DNA of 61,855 nt, counting the filler, from Stramenopiles sp. TOSAG23-3 (Eukaryota), in assembly GCA_900128585.1 (NCBI GenBank). It is 25 parts of 25 records of this genome, joined end to end, with 100 filler letters (N's around TTAATTAATTAA, not from the genome) between each part and the next. Parts side by side here need not be neighbours in the genome. Positions count along the whole stretch, not along the records: positions 54,576 to 56,936 come from LT644865.1; positions 57,037 to 59,397 come from LT644866.1; positions 59,498 to 61,855 come from LT644867.1; 22 more parts are not named here. One strand, given 5' to 3'. Shown one piece after another: positions 54,476 to 61,855 of the stretch. The notes below the pieces were generated by a model, which worked only from the letters and a program-made list of their open reading frames with translations, made no database searches and was not told the DNA's origin. How positions within the stretch are numbered: position 1 is the first letter of the stretch; the number at the start of each line of letters is the position of its first letter. The translations under genes were made by a program, and so were the position numbers.

Positions 54476-54651
54476 NNNNNNNNNNNNNNNNNNNNNNNNN
54501 NNNNNNNNNNNNNNNNNNNTTAATTAATTAANNNNNNNNNNNNNNNNNNNNNNNNNNNNNNNNNNNNNNNNNNNNAGCGCCATTATTTTGTTTTTGGACA
54601 TTTCGTCTTAGTGCACACACAATACAGTCTTATATTTCTGCGCACCGTGGT

Positions 54652-56070
54652 TCAAGCGGAAGGAGCCCTGCTTCCTTCGTTCGAAGGGACGAGGGGGATC
54701 AAGAGCGCAAGGATAAGGGCAGCCCCAATCTGCAAAATGCCTGTGTACAAAAAGCTTGTTCCGTACCCGTAGTAATGAATGATCCAGCCGCCCAGGAACG
54801 CACTTCCACTCCACCCAAACCGTGTCACACTATCCACGGCATTCCAAACCCCGCGCCTGCGTTTCGGGACGTAATCCATCAGCAGGCTCTTCTTGAGCGG
54901 TCGAACGCAATGCTGGGACGTGCTGATCACGTAAAGCAAGATAATCACCCACCTCGGCGTCTTTTCGGGCCCCACGTGCTCCACGAACCACCACATTGTG
55001 ATGAGTGAGAGGGCCCCCATGATGGACATTAGCACCGCCGTCTCGACCCGGCCGCAGAAGCGCCCGATGTACTGAAACCCGCGGGCCATGGCGGCCATTA
55101 TCAAAGGCAAACCAACGTATATCGAGTTCGTAAACACTGGGTTGAGGCCGATCTCATTCGCGAAAAACAAGGGGAAGAACTTCACCGTCATCCCGGCACT
55201 GATTCCAGAAACGACGTCGCTGAGGCCCAGGACGTATGGTATGCGGTGGAGCCGCGAGGCCGCCTCCTTGTGCCCACGACTCTGGACTTCCAGGTCCGAA
55301 TCGCCCACGCTTCCGTCGCCGCTCGTGACGTCTAGAAATGGCACGGCCAGCAAGCCCTTCTCCGGTTCCCCGCGTTTCAGAATCGGGCTGGAGTGGCTCT
55401 CGCTGCTGATACCGAGCGTGTACTCGTCGGAGAAGAAAAACAGCAGCAGCACGGACGGCAGCGACAGCACGATGCCGATGAGAAAAATGGTCGTCAGCGT
55501 GCTGATGTTCCAGTGGTTGCCTTTGTACAAGAACAAGCAGATGGCGATGGACGGACCGGTTATGCTAGCGACCTGAAGGAATATAAACTTGCGGGTGGAG
55601 AACTCGCTCCGCTTCCCCGTCGCTATGGAGTCTGCAAAAATCGTCTCGAGGGCCGTGGAGCCCAAGCCCTGGTACGCGCCCCACATTGCCAAGAACCCGA
55701 CGACGAACGCGTACCGCACGTGCGCGGTCATCCAGCCCCCGTCCCCGCTGTCATAGTCGAGCATGAATATGGCGACCCCGCAGGCGAGAACCCCCACCAC
55801 ACCAGCCCCCTTCAAAACGGCAGACCTGGAATACTTGTCTGCCAAATACCCACCAAACAGGGCAAAAATTGCCTGCGAAAAACCTTGGACCGCCTCGGCA
55901 AACCCTACGTTCAGCGTAGAGCCCGTCAACACGTTGATAAAGTTGCTGAGCGTGACGAACGCCCAGATTCCTCTGCTTGCAGACGCCAGAAACGTGTACG
56001 CAAGCGCCAGCTTCACGTTCTTATTCTTCCTCGTTACGTTCATCGACGTCTCTCTCTCCGACGAACTCAT
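54652..56070 (-). CDS. MFS transporter
   Basis: GGYLADKYSR; ETIFADS; GMTVKFFPLFF; LMDYVPKRRRGVWN; GWSGSAFLGG. Confidence 0.9.
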   Translation of the reverse strand: MSSSERETSMNVTRKNKNVKLALAYTFLASASRGIWAFVTLSNFINVLTGSTLNVGFAEAVQGFSQAIFALFGGYLADKYSRSAVLKGAGVVGVLACGVAIFMLDYDSGDGGWMTAHVRYAFVVGFLAMWGAYQGLGSTALETIFADSIATGKRSEFSTRKFIFLQVASITGPSIAICLFLYKGNHWNISTLTTIFLIGIVLSLPSVLLLFFFSDEYTLGISSESHSSPILKRGEPEKGLLAVPFLDVTSGDGSVGDSDLEVQSRGHKEAASRLHRIPYVLGLSDVVSGISAGMTVKFFPLFFANEIGLNPVFTNSIYVGLPLIMAAMARGFQYIGRFCGRVETAVLMSIMGALSLITMWWFVEHVGPEKTPRWVIILLYVISTSQHCVRPLKKSLLMDYVPKRRRGVWNAVDSVTRFGWSGSAFLGGWIIHYYGYGTSFLYTGILQIGAALILALLIPLVPSNEGSRAPSA

Positions 56071-57258
56071 TCTTTGACGAAAAAGGCCGAGCGAGAGAGA
56101 CGTACGGTACGGAAGGGCGTACACACACAGAAAAAAGCCGACAAAAGAAGAGTTGAAAATGTACGTGAAACAAAGAAGACGTTTAAAAAAGAAAAAAACC
56201 CAATAACCAACCAACACAACAAGAAATCTTTTCCACTGTATAAAAACAAAGAATGATGCACTATCTTAAACACTTTGTCGTCTTCAAACATATTTCTTTC
56301 CGTTCGTTCTTTTGAGATACCTATATCTACTACGGTTCAAAAGATCGATCAAAAAAATACTACGAACAAACAACACTAAAAAAATATTCTGTTCAATACT
56401 ACTACATCATTTTATTTGTTCTTTTATTATTAATTATTATAATTTTTTATATTGATGTTCTATCGAATAAATATTTTCTTCTATAAAAAAATATATCATC
56501 ATCATCATCGTTTTAAACGGAATGAAGGACGGTAGGACGGGTGTAATAAATAATAAAAATATAAATATTACGAGATACATAGAAATAGTCGTTCGTTCTA
56601 GGATCTACGAGTAGGATCTAGGATAATTAAATAATGCTAGACGACTATTTAATACTTTTATATTAGTCCTACTTTAAATACGCGTAGTATTTTAGCTCTA
56701 ATAGACTAAGATAATACCAAGTAATACTAAAAATTAGTCAAAATAATTAGTAGGTTGCTCAGGTTTTTGCATACTCCCCCGTAACTCTACTTTTCTGTAT
56801 TAATTTTATTTTATTATCGTCCGTTTTTCTTTCTATTATTTTAATATTAGTACGAGGAGCCTATTAACACTAGTCGTCTATTAGCCCTAATAATAACTCC
56901 TTTCTGCTTTCTTGCTGCTTTCTCAAAATTTGAATGNNNNNNNNNNNNNNNNNNNNNNNNNNNNNNNNNNNNNNNNNNNNTTAATTAATTAANNNNNNNN
57001 NNNNNNNNNNNNNNNNNNNNNNNNNNNNNNNNNNNNGTAGTAGTAGGTATAGCAACGTCAGGGAAACAATTGTTTCTTATTCTTGAGTGTAACATTAATA
57101 CCAGGCTTTGAAATGTTTGATTAAATGAAAGAGGGAGAAGAGGGCTAACAATTTACCCGGAAAAATCGGCATATTTGATAAACACGCATCGTATCCAAAC
57201 GGCGCTGTTTCGTTCTTCCGCACTGTCTTTCCTTTTTTGTTGTTGTAAGAACACGGAC

Positions 57259-57732
57259 ATGGGGCTGGAGGAGAATTTACTTCTGGAGGAAGAGGAGGAG
57301 GGGCACGAGGACCAGTTCCTGCGTTGCAAAACTGCCTACGACGCAGAGGGGGCTGGGGCGAGCGCCATTTTTGAGTACGGGTGGGTATTGTGTAGGAGCG
57401 AAGATGAAAAGAACGTTCGCGAAGGTATCAAACTTTTGAAGGCCCTCTCCTATGAAGTGAAGAAAACGAGGGGGCACTCCTTGCTGACGATTGCGCAGGC
57501 GTACCGAAGCCTAGGGGAATACCAGTTAGCCAGGAAACACGCACACATGTTGATAAAATCCTACCCAAAGGCGGACCCAGAACGCAACGAAAACCTACGA
57601 AAAGGAATCGAACTTCACCGAGCGTTGCGGGCAGAAATAGAGCAATCCGGGTGGAACTTTTTAGGCACCATTTGGGTAGTTGGCATTCTGGTCGCTGCGG
57701 GGTACGTTGTCTTATCCTCGAAGAAGCGGTAA
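57259..57732 (+). CDS. FIS1: Mitochondrial fission protein Fis1
   Basis: FEYGWVLCRS....VREGIKLL; second TPR helix pair; C-terminal tail-anchor TM plus KKR. Confidence 0.85.
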   Translation: MGLEENLLLEEEEEGHEDQFLRCKTAYDAEGAGASAIFEYGWVLCRSEDEKNVREGIKLLKALSYEVKKTRGHSLLTIAQAYRSLGEYQLARKHAHMLIKSYPKADPERNENLRKGIELHRALRAEIEQSGWNFLGTIWVVGILVAAGYVVLSSKKR

Positions 57733-58540
57733 TTGGCGTGGGTGGTGTTAGCGAAGAAACACGAATGGCAAAGTATAATTGCGCTGCTGTAAATAATGGT
57801 GAAATGCAAACCGTGTCTCCGTTTTGAAACGTCTTCCAATACCAAACACTAAAAATATGTAAATCTTGATTAAATAATACCTTTCATATAATTTGTTTTC
57901 ATTCAAAAGAGTAAAAAGATTACATGACAAATCGTCTATTTTTTTAATACCTGTTGTATAATGTATTAATATATCAATGGTGTTGATATTGAATTCAACA
58001 TCTTCTTCTTCTTTCTTAAAAAATAATTAAAACCCTATTTCTAACATATTCCGTTTGCTGTTTTCTTTCTTTAATTGCTTTCACGACGACGAAGAATAAT
58101 CCATTCTTTTTTGTGGCTATCCCTACGGACCAATTCCTTTTCTATAGTATTTCGATGTTAAATTTATTATTTATTATAAATAATTAGCGAAAGAAGAGAA
58201 GAAAGATAACAGAGAAGAGAAGGGGCAGCAGGCAGCAGGCAGCAGAGTAGAACGAAAAGAGGAGGAGGAGAAGAGAGGAGCACAGAGAGATTTTATTATT
58301 ATTATTATTTTTTTATTTATTATTCTTCCATCCAGAAGTGTCGGTCGGTCGGTGGTGGTGGTGGTAGAGAAAAGCACCCTTCATGTAAAATGAGAGAGTA
58401 AAGGACAGTGAGGGATGCTATAAGGGAGATAAAACACGGAGCGAAAGATAAGTTTGTCAGTATTATCATTATAGGTTTGTTCTTTATAGGTTTGTTTTGA
58501 AGCATACGAAAACACACGTACGTTGGTGATACAAGCAAGC

Positions 58541-59397
58541 ATGAGGGCGAGGTCGACGACGGTGCCACAGCCAAAAGGGACGGAGTACCGCCCCGTGGAA
58601 TTGAAGCGATTCCCGAGGCTTCAGGAACGGGAGACAGCAGAAGCGAGGTATTGGAAACGGTTTAAGCACCCGGTTATTGAACGGATGATGGGCCCCGTGA
58701 CCAATGTACAGTTCTGCGAGGCTTCACCGTACGACTACGTCGTCACGTCGTCCACTCGCGTCTTCGTTTATTCCTGCAGGAACAACAAGGTCCACAAAAC
58801 CTTTAGCCGCTTCAAGGACGAAGTGTACTCTGGGGTCCTGCGAAAGGATGGGAAGCTGCTTGCTGCGGGAGGAAAACTTCCAGTAGTGAAAATTTTCCAG
58901 ACGGATACGAAGGCGCAGCTGCGCATTTTGGAGGGCCACAAGCGCCCCATTCGGACTGTGCAGTGGGCCCCGTCCAACAAGCACGTCTTCAGCTGCTCCG
59001 ACGACCACACGGCGCGGTACTGGGACATTACTTCGGGGAAATCAGTGGCGACGTTCGAGGGGCACAAGGATTACATTCGGTGCGCATCGTCGAACCCGTC
59101 CAACGTAGACACGTGGGCAAGTGGGAGCATGGACAACACGGTGCGCTTGTGGGACGTTCGGTCCCCGAAGGAGACGATGATGGAGATGAAGCACGGGGAC
59201 CCGGTCAACGCGGTGCTCTTTTTGCCCGGGGGCGGTCTCTGCGTGAGCGCGGGAGGCAACACGGTAAAGGTTTGGGACATCTTAGGCGGGGGAAGGCTGG
59301 TCCGCTCCTGGTCGAATCACCAGAAGACGATCACATCGCTATGTTTGGATGGGACGTCGAAGCGGCTGTTGTCTGGAGGGCTGGACGGCCACGTAAA
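58541..59397 (+). CDS. UTP15: U3 snoRNA-associated protein 15 (WD40), 3' truncated
   Basis: EARYWKRFK; VTSSTRV; KTFSRFKD; RKDGKLLAAG; GHKDYIR; SAGGNTVKVWD; NHQKTITSL; LLSGGLDGHV. Confidence 0.92.
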
Positions 59398-59497
59398 NNN
59401 NNNNNNNNNNNNNNNNNNNNNNNNNNNNNNNNNNNNNNNNNTTAATTAATTAANNNNNNNNNNNNNNNNNNNNNNNNNNNNNNNNNNNNNNNNNNNN

Positions 59498-59668
59498 TTC
59501 TTCTCTCTTCTTCTTCTTCTTCTTCTTCTTCTTCTTCTTCTTCTTCTTCTTCTTCTTCTTCTTCTTCTTCTTCTTCCTCTTCCTCTTCTTCTTCTTCTTC
59601 TTTCTTCTTCTTCTTCTTCTTCCTTCTTCTTATTCTTCTTCCTTCTTCTTTTTCTTCTTCTCTCTTCT
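59498..59668. repeat. (TTC)n microsatellite, degenerating at the 3' end
   Basis: Directly visible. Confidence 0.97.
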
Positions 59669-59972
59669 TGGACGGGTGGTCATCATCAATTTATTTATTA
59701 TTATTATTATTCCAACAAAATAATACCAATCATCCATCACACCACTTCTTATTTATTATTATTATAATAAAACTAGACGACGACTGACTAACAAAAAAAA
59801 AACAGAATAGAATGTATTTTCAGTTCCATACTTTTTGAAGAACAAAGTAAAAAATTGCCTTTGACATTGCGGTGAATATACACATAAAGAAATTTGAACT
59901 CGTTTCTGTGCATTTGTGCGTCTTTCTGCGTTTTATTCTGAGAACCAAGCTCTATCCATCTCTCTTTTCATT

Positions 59973-60911
59973 ATGTCTCCTCGTTCCACCCCCCGGCTTT
60001 TATGGCTGGCGGTTGCTGCCATGTTTTTGCTGGCAGGCTCGATCCAGCCGGTGAATGGCGCCTTCTTTGGACTCTTTAGTTCAAAGGAGCCCGAACCGTT
60101 CACGTTTCGTAAGTTTTTTGAGGGTGATTGGGAGTTAAGGCGCCGAACGGTAATACTCCGAGGTGGGGAAGAGGAGGGGGGCGCCGACGCAAGCAAGGCC
60201 GACGCGAACGACGAGAGCGACGAATTGTTCTCCGGCGTAGAGGAAACCGCCTCGCACGACGAGGACGGAGCCTCCCTTCCAGACGCTTTCTACAGCCTTC
60301 GAAGCGACAACTTGACCAGTGCCCTAGTGGGGAGTTACTACGAAGGTGATCTTGAGGAGAAAAAGAACGAGCTGAAGCTTCGCGTAATCTTTGACTCCGA
60401 ATTAAACTCCGGGTCGTTTCTAACGGCGAGCGCGGGAGACGGCGAGGCGAGCGACGCAGGCGATCAGGAGGATTTCGACGATGGGGAGTGGAAGATGGAC
60501 TCCCTGTTCGGGTTTCATTTTAAAGAGCTGATGAAAGGCGCTCTAGTAGGAACAAAGGTTGGCCATTCTGTGTTCATGAGCGAAGGGCCATGGCACGGTG
60601 ACGATTCCATGTACTACCATTTCATCGTTACCCACCAGGACCGGTTCGTCATCACGGTTATGCCGTTGAACAAGGACGCCATGGAAGGGGAGGTCAACTC
60701 ACTGACGATCACAGGGACAAAATACTTTGGCCCTGGGGCGGCCGAGGAACCGACCTTTTTTCAAAAGTACTTTCCTACGATGATGATAATTGGGTTTATG
60801 ATCTTGCGGCGTGTTCTGTCCCCCACCCATGAGCAGCGCTACGCGGCGCGACAGAGGCAGACCGGCGCCACGTCGGCTGGCCAGAAGGAAATGTCCAAAG
60901 ACAACAATTGA
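59973..60911 (+). CDS. Signal-peptide type-I membrane protein
   Basis: RLLWLAVAAMFLLAG signal; C-terminal TFFQKYFPTMMIIGFMIL TM. Confidence 0.8.
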   Translation: MSPRSTPRLLWLAVAAMFLLAGSIQPVNGAFFGLFSSKEPEPFTFRKFFEGDWELRRRTVILRGGEEEGGADASKADANDESDELFSGVEETASHDEDGASLPDAFYSLRSDNLTSALVGSYYEGDLEEKKNELKLRVIFDSELNSGSFLTASAGDGEASDAGDQEDFDDGEWKMDSLFGFHFKELMKGALVGTKVGHSVFMSEGPWHGDDSMYYHFIVTHQDRFVITVMPLNKDAMEGEVNSLTITGTKYFGPGAAEEPTFFQKYFPTMMIIGFMILRRVLSPTHEQRYAARQRQTGATSAGQKEMSKDNN

Positions 60912-61336
60912 AGAAGCCGAAGGTGTGTGTGTCATAGTATTACAACCAAAATATAGGCTGTTATTCTTCCTTGCAATGCAATTTGTTATTGTCCACTTTA
61001 AACACACTCTGATAAATATTAGCTTAGCAGCGGTGGTTCAGCCCTAAAGGACACGACGGCCGAAAGGAGGGGAGCTTCCTCTCTTGGGTAGGAACCTGCA
61101 ACGGCTTAAATTCTTACTCAATGAGATCGTTTAAATGCAACAAAGGTCCAGTTACTTCTTTAAAAAATGTTGTATTATTCCTTGATGAAGATTTAATTTA
61201 GAGTAAGAATTAAATAAACTGTACTTATGCATTTTGTGTATTAATATGTAGATTGTAGATTTATTTATTACATTTTTAAATTTTTTTACCCTGACCCTGA
61301 CACCCCCGGTTCCTCCACGTTAGCACAGCCTGCTCA

Positions 61337-61777
61337 CTACTCACTCTTGTGATTTTTTTTCGGTGAACTCATGAAATGATCCATTGCTGTGAAGGCATCG
61401 TTCAGCTTTTCCTCCCTGGACTTGGTCTTTAAACCGTTCAACATTTCATACACTTTCCGCTGCTCCGGTCCCATTGCCTCTTTCTTTCTATCCTCCCTTG
61501 CTTTTTTTTCAGTCTGGTCGTACGGGTCAAAATCTGTAGCCTGGCGTACTATTTCCTGCTGTTTGTTCCCAAATATTTCCTTCGCCATCGTTTCATTATC
61601 CCCTCTATACACTTGCTTTGGTGTCGTCACCTCCATTAAAACCATACCCAGCCCTGTAAAACCAACGACCGGAAAGACGACCGACGCGCGAGGATATTTT
61701 CGCGAAGCAGCGATGAACAATTTCTGAGTGGCCTCGTAAAACTCGATCGGGTTTAATAACCCAAACCTTCGAAACAT
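61337..61777 (-). CDS. Hypothetical single-TM protein, possibly mitochondrial
   Basis: MFRRFG start; one hydrophobic helix; charged C-terminus. Confidence 0.6.
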   Translation of the reverse strand: MFRRFGLLNPIEFYEATQKLFIAASRKYPRASVVFPVVGFTGLGMVLMEVTTPKQVYRGDNETMAKEIFGNKQQEIVRQATDFDPYDQTEKKAREDRKKEAMGPEQRKVYEMLNGLKTKSREEKLNDAFTAMDHFMSSPKKNHKSE

Positions 61778-61855
61778 TTACACTACGTAGAACTATCTTT
61801 CTGCAAACCTTCTACGGTACGTACGATATACCCTGCAGTTTTCGAGGAACAAGAA

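Noticed and set aside
2399-59497. Regularly spaced TTAATTAATTAA palindrome resembling an array
   Set aside because: Artificial N-padded concatenation linker; ORF tails ending in X...LIN are artefacts of it
59973-60911. Assignment as EMC10
   Set aside because: Only the short TFFQKY-TM motif is similar, which is not enough to name it
1-61855. Operon-like or gene-cluster interpretation across the window (e.g. FIS1, STOML2 and the carrier as a mitochondrial cluster)
   Set aside because: Contigs are unlinked and ordered only by length
1-61855. rRNA or tRNA genes
   Set aside because: None recognised by eye; tRNAscan-SE or Infernal would be needed to exclude them

Overview
This is not one locus. 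It is 25 unrelated contigs of about 2.36-2.40 kb, sorted by decreasing length and joined by artificial 100-nt linkers (N44-TTAATTAATTAA-N44, a stop in all six frames), so gene neighbourhood is meaningful only within a contig. The source is an intron-poor, flagellated eukaryote with GC-rich coding regions and very AT-rich intergenic DNA, using the standard code. It is most likely a heterotrophic stramenopile (MAST-like) single-cell or metagenome assembly; that taxonomy is inference. Recognisable genes: FATP/SLC27 acyl-CoA synthetase, AP-2 mu, DNAH1-type dynein N-terminus, stomatin-like 2, UBA2, RPN9, FIS1, UTP15, a mitochondrial carrier, three MFS transporters, PUB-UBX, BAR-SH3, ankyrin-repeat, an EML-like WD40 gene with two frameshifts, a Zn2Cys6 factor, a TM-LRR-LNR receptor-like protein, a TM plus 4 EF-hand protein and a zinc-ribbon repeat protein. 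The most interesting unexplained signal is non-coding. A dispersed repeat family lies downstream of genes or between convergent genes in 5-7 contigs. It is built around a ~30-36 nt module (TTAATTACTTAAATAACAGCCAATTTTCTTGTTTTT) that occurs in both orientations, is sometimes flanked by 10-11 nt direct repeats, sits inside a GT..AG intron-like unit, and is embedded in decayed coding-like sequence. A separate 10-mer (TAGACGACTA) recurs in upstream regions.
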